Positions 9,478 through 20,032 of a DNA stretch of 64,000 nt are shown piece by piece; position 1 is the first letter of the stretch; each line of letters opens with the position of its first letter. The position numbers and the translations under genes were made by a program. The notes below the pieces were generated by a model that made no database searches, was not told where the DNA came from, and saw only the letters and a program-made list of their open reading frames with translations. The stretch is taken from positions 64,001 to 128,000 of the forward strand of contig CAVSCK010000003.1 of assembly GCA_963726455.1 (NCBI GenBank). Reading direction: 5' to 3'. The DNA is from an uncultured bacterium (GTDB taxonomy: Bacteria > Zixibacteria > MSB-5A5 > CAIYYT01).

Positions 9478-11814
9478 TCAGTTTCTCTCAGTTGGCGACG
9501 GCGTCATAAGATCACATTTTCCTACGCAGTTGACGTGAACGCCGCCGCGGTCATTAATGATGTCGGCGAAAACGACGGGTTTCTTCGCGCGGAAGATTTC
9601 GGTTGATTCGTGGCTAACGACGCTGCCGCCGACGATTACCGCTCGATGGAGTCGGCCTTTATCCTGTTGCAGGAACGTGAAATCGGCGTCGCTAGTGATG
9701 GAGCCGTGCTTCACGGAACCGGATGCGATGAATGTCTCCAGGCCGTTCAGCGTCAGCTTTGCCGTAGCGTTGCCGCAAGATTCGATCACATCAATCTTGT
9801 CAGGCAGCGACCTGTCAGCGTGACACGGCACAGCCATATAAATTCGCATACTGATTTCAGCAGGTGGTGGGGAAATCGTGATGCGGCGGCCGGGATAAGA
9901 TGAAAGATAGTCATTGGAAATTCCGAAGGGTTGAACCCGAATGTCGGCGGGTGTCACGCCGGAGACGCAAGGGATCAGCGCCAGTCGGCCTAACTTTCCA
10001 TTCAACAAGAGACTATTGCCGGAGCGCGAGACGTCACAGGGAGTGACGAAATTCCATTCGGGCTGCACCGGCGTGGTCGCGGACACTGTGTCGCGAATAA
10101 TCCAGAGCATATCATGAAGAAACAGCACTGCTCGCGAGATTGTCACTATGCGCCGATCTATTTTGATCTTGTAGAATGCTTCGTAGAATCCGGACGATGA
10201 AGTCCGGTGACAGACTTGCATTTGGCAGTCGGGTTTCTGTGACCAGCCAAAGGGGTCGCACGGCTTTTCCAGAGACAGACCGGCAATTGTCGGTCCATTG
10301 TGCGCGGCGGCGGATCGATAGAGATTGCGCTTCTGCGGATCGGAGGTGTACGCGAACGTTCCGGGATCGACAAGGAAATTGTCGACGCCGACGGATATGT
10401 CGAGGTGGAGCATGTCGGCATGCGAATGCGGTGAATCGAGATATCCGAATTTGCCGCACTGGAATACCGAGTACATGCCATTTTCCGAGCGCGAAATGAT
10501 CAGTCCGGAATCGCAGAGGCCGATTGACTGGGCTATGGCGACCGGTCGCCGATTTGCTTTCCGATCGCCGCAGAACCAGAATGCATCAGTGTAACCGTCG
10601 GTCGCACCGTCTTGGGTCTGCCCAAGGAATTTCCCACAAGCCTCCAATAGCGGGCGAAAGTCGCAAGCAGGGACACGGCTGAGAAAGAACAGTCGACCGC
10701 CGTCCTCATCTCCGATATGTGGCCAGGTTCCATCGGGTCGCTGCAGCGAGGCCAGTATTTCAGTTGCCTGACGCAATCGTTCCCCGAATGATGCTTCGAG
10801 CGTTATCTGCCGTTGACGACATACTGTCAGCAACGACAGCAGAAACTCGACAGCATAGCCGTGATAGGCGGTTGAAAGTTCAGCATGCATGCCGTCAGCA
10901 GTATATTGACGACCAAGTTCCATTAACAGGACATCGTGGCCAGTTTGCACCCACACGTCGGCATCATCGAACTCCGGAAAGAGCAGTCCGACCATAAAGA
11001 GCGAATAGGCCTCTCCCAGTAAGTGAGTATTGGGAGAGAAATAATATGACAAGTGGCTTCTCACGAAATCTGCGCCTGAATAAACAAGATCATACAGACC
11101 CCTGGCACATTCTTCTGTCAACAGCCGGGAGTCCTTGAAAAACCAGGCACCCCAAAGAAGGGAGTGAAGCCGAAAAGCGGACTCCAATGCCGAACAAAAG
11201 TTAATGCCGTGATAGTCACGATTGGCCGTTCTCCAATCTAGCAGCAACTCGAAAAACTTTCGAGAGTACTTTTCATCTTTCGTGAGGAGATAGGCTTGCC
11301 CCAAGTCGTACACAAACTGAAGTCGAGATAGCTCCCAAATGACCTTTGAGTCGCCAACTACCTCTGGATCCAGGTATTCGATGTCGGCATAGAAACAGTC
11401 AGGCGCGACCACACCGAGAATTGGATCATAGTCCCACCTTGGCGGATCACCGTAGGACACAAAACCTACATTGAAAACGGGAAAAAGATTGTTGCATACT
11501 TGATCGGCTGCAGCCACGATCCGATTCCGCTCTGTGGTTGAATTTGCCCCGACAAATTCTCCGAATTTATCCCGCGCGAAAAAGCCAGGCATGAACTCAG
11601 AATCAGTGTGTGATTTCAAAGCAGTCACAAAATCCAACTTCCGATTGCTCGTAACAAATCGACGATAATACTCATCACTGAACGTCGATTCTCTCCTGCA
11701 GTGAATGCGTCGCTCCTGAAGTCGGCGCCATTCTTCGAACAGGCGATACGAAAGCTCCTTGAACTCGCCTCTTCCGACCTTCTTGAAAATCTTCAACAGC
11801 TTGTCAGCGCGCAT
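9478..11814 (-). CDS. Heparinase II/III family (alginate-lyase-like) protein
   Basis: DSKVIWELSR, NTHLLGE, HAELSTAYH, IGDEDGG, HSHADMLH, LVDPGT..Y, AHN motifs. Start MRADK at 11814 follows a GGAG SD. Confidence 0.85.
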   Translation of the reverse strand: MRADKLLKIFKKVGRGEFKELSYRLFEEWRRLQERRIHCRRESTFSDEYYRRFVTSNRKLDFVTALKSHTDSEFMPGFFARDKFGEFVGANSTTERNRIVAAADQVCNNLFPVFNVGFVSYGDPPRWDYDPILGVVAPDCFYADIEYLDPEVVGDSKVIWELSRLQFVYDLGQAYLLTKDEKYSRKFFELLLDWRTANRDYHGINFCSALESAFRLHSLLWGAWFFKDSRLLTEECARGLYDLVYSGADFVRSHLSYYFSPNTHLLGEAYSLFMVGLLFPEFDDADVWVQTGHDVLLMELGRQYTADGMHAELSTAYHGYAVEFLLSLLTVCRQRQITLEASFGERLRQATEILASLQRPDGTWPHIGDEDGGRLFFLSRVPACDFRPLLEACGKFLGQTQDGATDGYTDAFWFCGDRKANRRPVAIAQSIGLCDSGLIISRSENGMYSVFQCGKFGYLDSPHSHADMLHLDISVGVDNFLVDPGTFAYTSDPQKRNLYRSAAAHNGPTIAGLSLEKPCDPFGWSQKPDCQMQVCHRTSSSGFYEAFYKIKIDRRIVTISRAVLFLHDMLWIIRDTVSATTPVQPEWNFVTPCDVSRSGNSLLLNGKLGRLALIPCVSGVTPADIRVQPFGISNDYLSSYPGRRITISPPPAEISMRIYMAVPCHADRSLPDKIDVIESCGNATAKLTLNGLETFIASGSVKHGSITSDADFTFLQQDKGRLHRAVIVGGSVVSHESTEIFRAKKPVVFADIINDRGGVHVNCVGKCDLMTPSPTERN

Positions 11815-12932
11815 CGGCCAACTCCCGATAGGTATGCGCCCACTGCCATTTGACGACCGGCCAACGGCATTTTTGGGCGAAATCTTTGCCGCCGGCAATA
11901 ATTGTCTGGCGCAATTCAGTATTCTCAATGACTTCAGTCAGGGCGAGAGCGAGCGCGTTGGCATCTTTCATTGGAACCAGCAGGCCGCTGACGCGATTCT
12001 GAACGATATACGGTATGCCGCCGGCATCGGTAGTAACGACAGGCAGGCCGGCATAGAAGGCCTCGATAATGGCGACAGGCATGTTGTCAATGATGGAACT
12101 ATTGAGAAAGATGTCGGCAGCGTGAAACAGTTTCGGCATTTGGGAACGCTCCACTCGGCCGGTAAACGTGATGTTGGGAACGCCGAGTTGCTGCGCAATA
12201 ATCTTGAGGCGTCGCTCGTCGGAACCATCACCGGCAATCGTGAGAGTGGCGGCATGGAAATTTGGGTTTGACCAGGGCAAACGCGCGCAATGAGGTTTCG
12301 ATGTCATACAGAGGTTCGAGATTGCGGGCGATCAGGATATGCGGCGTCACCTGCGAACGGTCGCGGCACTGGAAGGCGGCGAAGTCGGAGATATTGTAAA
12401 TCGATTCGGCGCGAAATCCGAATTTGGCGAAAACATCAACGAGATAGCCCGAGGGCACAACGATCTTATTCGCCAGACGAATGATCCAGAAGATGCGATT
12501 GCCCGAGCGGGTGAAATGATCGTCGGCCTCGCCGGAACGATAATTGAGAATCTTCTTTTTGCCGTAGAGAGTTGCGACCAGAAGTGCCGGGGTCGGCGCG
12601 AGAATAAATGAGAAGTAGCTGGCGGAGAAAATGTGAATTACATCGTAGCGCCAGACTTTGAAGAAGAGCGATGCAACATAGAATAGCGAGACAATCAGGG
12701 TACGCACATATTTGATGCGGGTCAGATATTTCAGTGGTCCCCAAGGTTCCGGATTGATCGGAAGCAGGTCGGCACGGACACCTTCGGCGCGCAGGTTGCT
12801 GAGCAACAGGTCGGCTTGCACGGCCTGGCCGCCCATAATCGCCAGGGACGGCGCGACTAGCAGGACGCGTGTGCCTTTAAGTATGTCAGCGACGGATCGG
12901 TTTTCGGTCTCGGTCGCACTCGCAGATGACAT
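11804..12932 (-). CDS. GT4 glycosyltransferase, frameshift near 12260
   Basis: 12228..12980 gives the N-part (GGQAVQA, ARNLEPLYD). 11804..12307 gives the C-part (IAGDGS, DNMPVAIIEA, TDAGGIP). Start uncertain. Confidence 0.85.
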
Positions 12933-14268
12933 AGCGATATTTTCCCGACTGTTCATAATGAAGGTGTTCAACCGGTTCATAGGTTACATCAATCGGCGCA
13001 CCGAGCGCCTCACTGATCTTCTGCTTAAATTCGCGCTGCTGATCGTCCGGGACGGGCTGTCCGATAAGGTGCCTGACCACCAGCGACGACGGCGAGGTCT
13101 GCACGACCTGCACCTGTACGCGGATGCCGGATGTCCGCAAGTTGGTGATGATTACCAGGCCTTCGACTTTGGAACCGTCGGGTCGGATGATCATGTCGAT
13201 GACGCGGCCGCCGATAGCGATGATTCGACGCCAGGTGCAACCACAGGGACATGGCGCATCAGCCAAAGTGACCATATCACCCGTGCGATAGCGGATAAGC
13301 GGCATGCCGTAGTTGTAAAGATCGGTCACGACCAGCTCGCCCATCTTTCCCAGCGGAAGTGGGTTGCCATCCCTGTCAATTACTTCAAGATAATAAGACG
13401 GCTCGAAAATGTGCATGCCGTTGTGACTCTGACATTCGGAGGCGACAGTGCCGATTTCGCGGGCGCCATAACGCTCGAAAGTTTCGGCATGGAATACCTG
13501 CTCGAACAATTTGCGCTGCCAGTCATATAGTGGTTCGGCAGTAACAATAATTCTGGGGATCGGAGTCATGGCGATACGTTGCGCCTGGGCGCGCTGCGCC
13601 ATCGCCGAAAGCATATTCGGATAGGCAATAATGGCGCGCGGATGATAGTCGTTCAACTGCCGCAGGAAATCGTCGATGCTGTCTGGCGTGGCGTCGAAGG
13701 CATAGAAATATATCGCACGTTCGGTGAGAAAATTCGCCAGACGGGCTTTGATCGACCTCATGCTGAAGGCATCGATATGCGAACCCCAGACCCAGGCGCG
13801 TTTGGTGCCGGGGAAGATGCCAAGCCGCGCATTGAACAGGTAGTCCTGGGCACGGCGGACGTTTTGTGCGCCCCGGTCACGAAAGAAAGTGAGCGACAAC
13901 CCCGACGAACCGCCGGTGGATGAAGTGATCAGATCTGACTTGGCGAAAGCCGATGACAGGAAAGCATCGATGTCGCGATTGAGTTCTTCCTTGATCAGAA
14001 ACGGGAGTCTCGACAAGTCCGCGAATGAAGTCACCTTGCGCGGATCGAGGCCGTGCCGGCGAAACAATTCGGCATAGTGAGTGGTGGTGGCGTCCGCATG
14101 TGTCAGGATCGCGACCAGCGATTTTAGGCGATGCTGCTCCAGAGCTTGGCTGTCTGCCGTTACCAGAGGAGTAAATCGGCGTTGCCGGGAGAGAATTCCA
14201 TACTCCCCTTTATATGTGAGCCAGACGCGATGGCCGAAGTGGCGGACGAAGAATTCGGCGAGACTCAA
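12886..14268 (-). CDS. Phenylacetate-CoA ligase family / CapK-like adenylate-forming protein (paralog 2)
   Basis: STGGSSG P-loop, ERYGARE, DLYNYGMPLIRYRTGD, GR, SGKYR. Confidence 0.85.
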   Translation of the reverse strand: MSLAEFFVRHFGHRVWLTYKGEYGILSRQRRFTPLVTADSQALEQHRLKSLVAILTHADATTTHYAELFRRHGLDPRKVTSFADLSRLPFLIKEELNRDIDAFLSSAFAKSDLITSSTGGSSGLSLTFFRDRGAQNVRRAQDYLFNARLGIFPGTKRAWVWGSHIDAFSMRSIKARLANFLTERAIYFYAFDATPDSIDDFLRQLNDYHPRAIIAYPNMLSAMAQRAQAQRIAMTPIPRIIVTAEPLYDWQRKLFEQVFHAETFERYGAREIGTVASECQSHNGMHIFEPSYYLEVIDRDGNPLPLGKMGELVVTDLYNYGMPLIRYRTGDMVTLADAPCPCGCTWRRIIAIGGRVIDMIIRPDGSKVEGLVIITNLRTSGIRVQVQVVQTSPSSLVVRHLIGQPVPDDQQREFKQKISEALGAPIDVTYEPVEHLHYEQSGKYRYVICECDRDRKPIRR

Positions 14269-15641
14269 TTGGGCGTCCTTTCCGACTGTAATTCGCAGAT
14301 GGAGAAACGGTACTTACCGGACGCTTCTTTAGGAATGCCGTCGACATAATTGAGTTCAAATTTCATGGTCGGCCCAAAGAAGTGCGCGACCTTCTCACGG
14401 ATCAATGCCTGTGACGATTCGGTGAACTTGTCATCCACGGCGAGATTGAAGATCAACCGCGACTTTTCACGCTGAACGATCTGCGCCTGTCGGACACCGG
14501 GGATTTTCGCGGCGAGATAGATTGTGAGTGCGGCGCCGGAAACCTTGCGGCCATCCGGTGCAAGCAGGAAATCGGTCGTGCGGCCGGCAACCATCTGCAT
14601 GCGGGGAAGCGACCTGCCGCAACTGCAAGTGCCCACTTCGGGCGCGCCCATATCCCCTATTTGGTAGCGGATGAACGGGAAGGCGAGGTTGCCGAGATCG
14701 GTGACAAAAATCTCGCCGACGGTTCCGGACACTACATCCTTGCCCTGATCGAGAAATTCGAGATGCAGGTTTTCGGCATTGAGATGCAGGCCACTATGCG
14801 ATTCGCATTCGGAGGCGATTACGGACGTCTCACGCGAACCGTAGCGGTCGAATATTTCGCTGCGAAAATAGGTTTCGATCTTGAGGCGGTTGTCAGCGGT
14901 CAGAACTTCGGCAGAGGTTATGATCCCGCGCGGTGGATGCAGTTTGATACGATTGCCTTTGCAGTAGTCAACCACAAGAGCCAGTGAATTGGCATAGGCC
15001 AGAATAATTTCGGGACGGAAGCGACGATAGCGTTTGGTGAAAGCCCGTAGCGTTTCGTCGCTGAAAGTGCTGCTGTCACAGATCAATTGGCGGTCGATGA
15101 GCAGATTGCGTACGCGCGCTTTGAACGAGCGATAGAGATCGAGATCGGTCTGGTGTCCCCACAACAGGGCGACTTTGCAGCCGATATGGTAGCTGGCCCA
15201 GCGATTATGCCGCAAGGTCGCCGCCTGCCTGGAATCAAGGCGATCGGCGGCATGATAGAAGACCAGCGGTGATCCGGTAGAACCGCCGGTGCGGTTTTCG
15301 ACAAGGTCTTCGCGATGGTAAAAGGTGGAAATCAGGTCCTCACGATGCGCCTGAATGTCGGCCTTTGTCAGAACGGGAATTCTCTTAAGGTCGCCGAAAT
15401 CCTTGACGGTTTTGGGATCAAAGCCGGCTTCGGCAAATCGTCTTTGATAGAACGGCACGTAACGCGCGGCATGGTCGAGCAAAGTCAGGAGCAAACCGAG
15501 ACGAAAATCATGCAAGCGCTCCGGGCTCCAATATTGGCTCTCCTCGAGCATGGCGAGAATTCGCAATTCGCGTCCGCCACGGCGGCTGACATCGAGGGGA
15601 TAAAGCGCACGCTCGACGAATTTCTGATATAGACCGCTCAT
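14265..15641 (-). CDS. Phenylacetate-CoA ligase family / CapK-like adenylate-forming protein (paralog 1)
   Basis: TGGSTGSP, DRYGSRE, DLGNLAFPFIRYQIGD, GRTTD, SGKYR. Confidence 0.87.
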   Translation of the reverse strand: MSGLYQKFVERALYPLDVSRRGGRELRILAMLEESQYWSPERLHDFRLGLLLTLLDHAARYVPFYQRRFAEAGFDPKTVKDFGDLKRIPVLTKADIQAHREDLISTFYHREDLVENRTGGSTGSPLVFYHAADRLDSRQAATLRHNRWASYHIGCKVALLWGHQTDLDLYRSFKARVRNLLIDRQLICDSSTFSDETLRAFTKRYRRFRPEIILAYANSLALVVDYCKGNRIKLHPPRGIITSAEVLTADNRLKIETYFRSEIFDRYGSRETSVIASECESHSGLHLNAENLHLEFLDQGKDVVSGTVGEIFVTDLGNLAFPFIRYQIGDMGAPEVGTCSCGRSLPRMQMVAGRTTDFLLAPDGRKVSGAALTIYLAAKIPGVRQAQIVQREKSRLIFNLAVDDKFTESSQALIREKVAHFFGPTMKFELNYVDGIPKEASGKYRFSICELQSERTPN

Positions 15642-15771
15642 GTAACCCTTTACATTTCTGTACGATAGCTGGGAGGCAACAGGCCGAAGTCCTCCATTCT
15701 TATACTATCGGCTGAAACGATATAACAGCTTATTTACGCGACGAACAATAGGTTTTTGGGCTCGAAACGGC

Positions 15772-16888
15772 CTAGCTGGTGAAGCCGAATTTGATGGCTT
15801 TGCGGTTACAGGTGCTGATGCACTCACCACAAGAGGTGCAATCGGGAAGAGTCAGGTTTTTGCCCTCGACCAGCGGTTTTATTGTGGGACACGGACTCTT
15901 GATGACGCAGACCTGACAATCGTTGCAGAGCTTGCGGTCAATGCGGACGCGTCCCGGAGCGATCTTTTCAAGCAGCCAAGTGAAGGCGCCGATTGGACAC
16001 ATGGTATAGCAGAAGGGCCGGAATAGGACCAGACTCGCGAGCACCAATGCCGACGCCAGAACCCACCAGAGAATGTTGATATTGTAATGGAGCAACTCGA
16101 AGAAGTTGACCGGGTCATAAATGCTGTAAGCCGAGTAGGCGGTCAGCAGATCAGGCGGGATTTGGGGAGCTTCCTGGCCGAGGTATGAAATTGCCACTTG
16201 ACCTGGAAGATCGTGAAAAAGAACATAATCAATAGTGCGAAGCGGATGCTGTTGAAGACCGGAAAATTGATCTGTTTCCAGCGCCACTTAAAAGGAATCT
16301 TGTTGATAAGCTCCTGTATGGCTCCCAGCGGGCAGACCCAGCCGCAGAACAGCTTGCGGCCGATAATGCTTGGAATCATCATCGCCAGAAAGATCGCGAA
16401 GAAGATCGGGACGATTGATCCCTGCGTAAAGCCGAAAGTGAACAGCTTGGTGGCGCCGCACATCGGACTGGGATGAACGAAAAAGATCAAATCCGATCCA
16501 AACAGCCCGAACGCCACGACGAGTGCCCCGAGGCGCACCCAGCGATTGGTGAATTTCAGGAATAGCAGGACAATGCCGGCGACCATCAGGCCGTACCAGA
16601 CCAAATGCTTGGTCATGAACAGATAGTCGATGGTAGTCGGGGCGGGCCTTCTTCCTCGGCGACGGGTTCGCTTTCGTGGCGGCCGCCCATAGTAGCCGAC
16701 GATGCGGACGAATCTGCCGATTGATCCTGAGCAAATTCGTGCGTGTGTCCGGTTATTGCGGTGGAATCGGCAGCGGGTTCGGCGGCGATTACGAGACGGA
16801 AAACAGCGAAAACAGGCCAAATGCGGCCACGACAAGGTGCTGCGAAGAGACGCAGAGAAAACGTGCTATGCAAAGAATTTCTAATCAC
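15772..16888 (-). CDS. Membrane 4Fe-4S binding protein (NapH/MauN/NosR C-terminal-like), several frameshifts
   Basis: [17 protein letters not shown] in 16143..16835; [21 protein letters not shown] and [11 protein letters not shown] in 15772..16287; N-terminal piece in 16613..16888. Confidence 0.8.
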
Positions 16889-16897
16889 TGCGGAAAC

Positions 16898-16926
16898 ACT
16901 ATATGATCGAATGGAATTGATGTCAA
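16898..16926 (-). promoter_or_regulatory. sigma70 promoter TTGACA-N17-TATAGT
   Basis: Near-perfect consensus directly upstream of the 4Fe-4S gene. Confidence 0.7.
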
Positions 16927-16973
16927 GCTGATTATGGAAATTGGGAGAGTCTAAGCGGTCGTCCCGTGGCGAC

Positions 16974-17738
16974 TTATTTTACCAGCCGGATGACGATATG
17001 ACGGCAGATATATTTCATAAATGGCAGAACTTTGAGCATGGCTACGTCAATCGGGCGCAGGATTTTCGTGAGTCCCCTATTCTTCGGGAATATGCTGAAG
17101 AAGTCATAACTCTCAAAAGTGGCGGACGTGAAATAGGGTTTGAACTGTTCGAGATTGCGATAGATCATCGGGGTTTCGTAACGCGTGTGCTTGTCGGTGG
17201 TGATTTGGCGATAGAGCCACATCGCCGGATGATGACGCAGATCGTCGATAAAGGCGGCCTTGCCACCCGGCTTTAAGACGCGGGCGATTTCCGCAGGCGA
17301 CTTGTCAAGGTCAGTGTGATGCAGGGCGGCATTGCCAAAAACGAAATCGAAGGTGTTGTCGGGGTAATCCATTTTCTCGGCGGCAGTAACTTTGAACTGA
17401 CAGCGCGAGCCGACACCGTTGGCATTGGCCATTCGAGTGGCGATTTCAACGGATTTCGGCGAGATGTCGAATCCGTAGCACTCGGCGCCGGAGCGGGCCA
17501 GGTAGATGGAGATCCAGCCAGAGCCGCAGGCGAAGTCGAGAATCTTCTTGTCCTTGACAGAGCCGAAGAAATCCATAACGGCGGAATAGGTCGTAAACAG
17601 CCCGAAGTAGTCTTCGTAAGTCAACTGATTGCTGAATTTCAGGCCGCGGCCGTCCTTGAACATTTCTTCGACTTCCTGGTCGAAGAATTCAGCCTCGTTT
17701 TGGTAGCGCTCTTGGTAATCTGACAATGTCTTTTCCAT
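16974..17738 (-). CDS. Class I SAM-dependent methyltransferase
   Basis: ILDFACGSG, FDIS, FDFVFGNAALHH, RVLKPGG. Confidence 0.9.
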   Translation of the reverse strand: MEKTLSDYQERYQNEAEFFDQEVEEMFKDGRGLKFSNQLTYEDYFGLFTTYSAVMDFFGSVKDKKILDFACGSGWISIYLARSGAECYGFDISPKSVEIATRMANANGVGSRCQFKVTAAEKMDYPDNTFDFVFGNAALHHTDLDKSPAEIARVLKPGGKAAFIDDLRHHPAMWLYRQITTDKHTRYETPMIYRNLEQFKPYFTSATFESYDFFSIFPKNRGLTKILRPIDVAMLKVLPFMKYICRHIVIRLVK

Positions 17739-19155
17739 CCGTATGTGATTCTCCAGTATTCTGTTTATCGACCAGCGCCCAGAGAACTACAGTGAGTCCC
17801 GAACACCAATACCAGTGCAGGCGGAACAGCGAGTGGCCGAAAATGCTGGTGAAGAAGAGTGCCGCTAGCGAACAGGTGATAGCGTAGGAAAGCCACTTGA
17901 CGAGGTCATCTTGAGGATTTCCTTCTCGCATTCGTTTTCGCAGCTTGAAATTCCGGCGCATCATGTAGAAGACCAGCGAGCCAGAACGCCAGCACACCAA
18001 CCATTCCTAGCTCGGCAATGAGCTGGACGTAAAGACTGTGGGCCTTGAGCCAGAGTGCCACGCGAGAATAGTCGCCGCTTGCATAGGCGACCGCGAAATT
18101 GCCGACGCCGATGCCGGTCACGGGACGCGACAGAAACATGTTGAAGCCGGCTTTCCAGGCATCAAACCGCCCCTGCGTTGAGGGATCGACCTCGCTGTTG
18201 AAGATAGATGAGTAGCGCTGTCTTGTATTGCGCTGGCAAGACAACCCAGCCGACAGCCAGCAACCAGCAGAAATATGGAGGCGGTAACCACTCCGTTTCG
18301 GCGATAGTAGCCAGATAAAGAACAGCACCAGCAGAAGGCCGATCACACCGGAACGCGAACCAGTGATGTGCGACAGTGAAGACGGAGGCCAGCGCCAACG
18401 ACCAACGGTTAGAAGTCGAGGAAATTATTCTTCGTCCAGATAAACGCAAACAGCCATGAAGGGAATCGCAAGACAAGACTGACGGCAAGCGTGTTGGGAT
18501 CGGCGCCGGACAGTGACTCGGCGCGGTCAATTCCCTGCGCGAACATCAGAGAGCCGCGGAAGTAGGCGATCGCCGAACTGATAGCATCATAACCGTTAGC
18601 AAGAATGAAGATCCAAATAAATCCTTTCAGCTTCTTCTCGTCCGTAACAATGTTGACGATCAGCAGGTAATACATGACCGTGCGGACAAAGTCGATCAGA
18701 GTACGAAACGAATTGGACGGCCAGACGGAGAGAGGGACTGACAAGGCCAGCGCCATCGTCATCAACAGCATGTGCCAGGTCATGCGCTCTCCGAGGAACA
18801 CGAATTTCTCGCCCTTTACCTTTTTGTGGATGGCCAGTGAGAACAGCAGGAATCCGGCAAGTAACGTGTCGGAATGTAAGGCCGCCAATTGCGGCCAGAC
18901 CACGCCGGGATTGACGACCAAGACCATATAGTAGACCAGCAGGCCGAAATAGGGATAGAGCATTATCAGGAGCGAAAACAGTGCGGCGATCAGTGCGCCA
19001 AAGATGATAATCGGCTCGACCAACAGAGCCACAACACCGACGCCGATTGCCAGCAGCACGAACAGGCCGATACCAATGCGGCGCGGCGTAAGCACCATGG
19101 TCGGAGCCGCGGCGCCGTAAGAATAAGAATGAGTGATTCTTGGCTCAGTATCCAT
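17689..19155 (-). CDS. O-antigen ligase / Wzy-like polymerase family membrane protein, several frameshifts
   Basis: Pieces 18409..19155 (TM-rich, DPNTLA), 17906..18346 (STQGRFDAW, GIGVGNF, AHSLYVQLIAELG) and 17689..18000. Confidence 0.82.
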
Positions 19156-19167
19156 CGATCTTCCCTA

Positions 19168-19830
19168 TCATACGTTTGATCGGCAGATACGCAACACAAT
19201 ATTCGTGAGCGGGCACGAAGAGTCAAGATTGAATGGATGATTGACTAGTAGCCAGTCGGTGAACTTGCGCAGCGCGGCGCCGCGATGGGAAACGGAATTT
19301 TTTTCGGCGGGAGTCATTTCGGCGAAAGTCTTGCCCAGCGGCGGATACAAGAACACGGGATCATAGCCGAACCCGTTTGCGCCACGACGTTCGGTGAGAA
19401 TAATTCCCCGCACTTCCCCTTCGAGGCAGACATCGCCACCGGCATAGGTGACGGCGATCACGGTTATGAAACGGGCGCTGCGACGATCCGGGGGCACGCC
19501 TTCAAGTTCGCGCAGGAGCTTGCGATTGTTGTCATCGAAACTGCAGCCGGGGCCGGCATAACGCGCCGAGAATACGCCGGGAGCGCCGCCAAGATACTCG
19601 ACCTCAAGGCCGGTGTCGTCGGCGACTGCCGGGATGCCGTATTTGCGAAAAATGGCGCGGGATTTTTCGAGGGCATTTTCGGCGAGAGTCACAGCGGTTT
19701 CCTCGATCTCGGGGAAATCGGGGAAGTCATTCCTGGTCAGAATCGTAATGCCACTGCCTGCAAGCATGGCGGAGAGCTCGGAAATCTTATACGGATTGTT
19801 GGTCGCGAGAATGAGTCTGGTGAATTTCAT
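19168..19830 (-). CDS. rdgB: Non-canonical purine NTP pyrophosphatase (Ham1/RdgB)
   Basis: LATNNPYK, ADDTGL, GAPGVFSARYAG, GFGYDPVF, SHRGAA. Confidence 0.95.
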   Translation of the reverse strand: MKFTRLILATNNPYKISELSAMLAGSGITILTRNDFPDFPEIEETAVTLAENALEKSRAIFRKYGIPAVADDTGLEVEYLGGAPGVFSARYAGPGCSFDDNNRKLLRELEGVPPDRRSARFITVIAVTYAGGDVCLEGEVRGIILTERRGANGFGYDPVFLYPPLGKTFAEMTPAEKNSVSHRGAALRKFTDWLLVNHPFNLDSSCPLTNIVLRICRSNV

Positions 19831-19887
19831 GCTCGCTGCCCTGGAACGGTGCAAGGGTTCCGATCAGTCAACTGACAAAGGCGAAAA

Positions 19888-19942
19888 GATTGCATCGTCG
19901 CTTTCCCTTCACTGCCCCTTCTCCCTTCGCTCTTCGCAATGG
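19888..19942. repeat. GATTGC(T/A)TCGTCGCT...CGCAATG REP-like element, copy 1
   Basis: Same arms as the copies at 31833 and 57806, with a pyrimidine-rich interior. Confidence 0.65.
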
Positions 19943-20032
19943 TGGTGTCACGCGACGGAGAATCATGGCGAGGCGACACCGACATGGCAATGCTCCCCCT
20001 TCGACGCTCCAGTTGTCGGTTTGTCATATCAA

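Noticed and set aside
19868-20026. MITE with terminal inverted repeats around the REP-like element
   Set aside because: Only a 7-bp inverted match (TGACAAA/TTTGTCA), no target-site duplication and no second copy.
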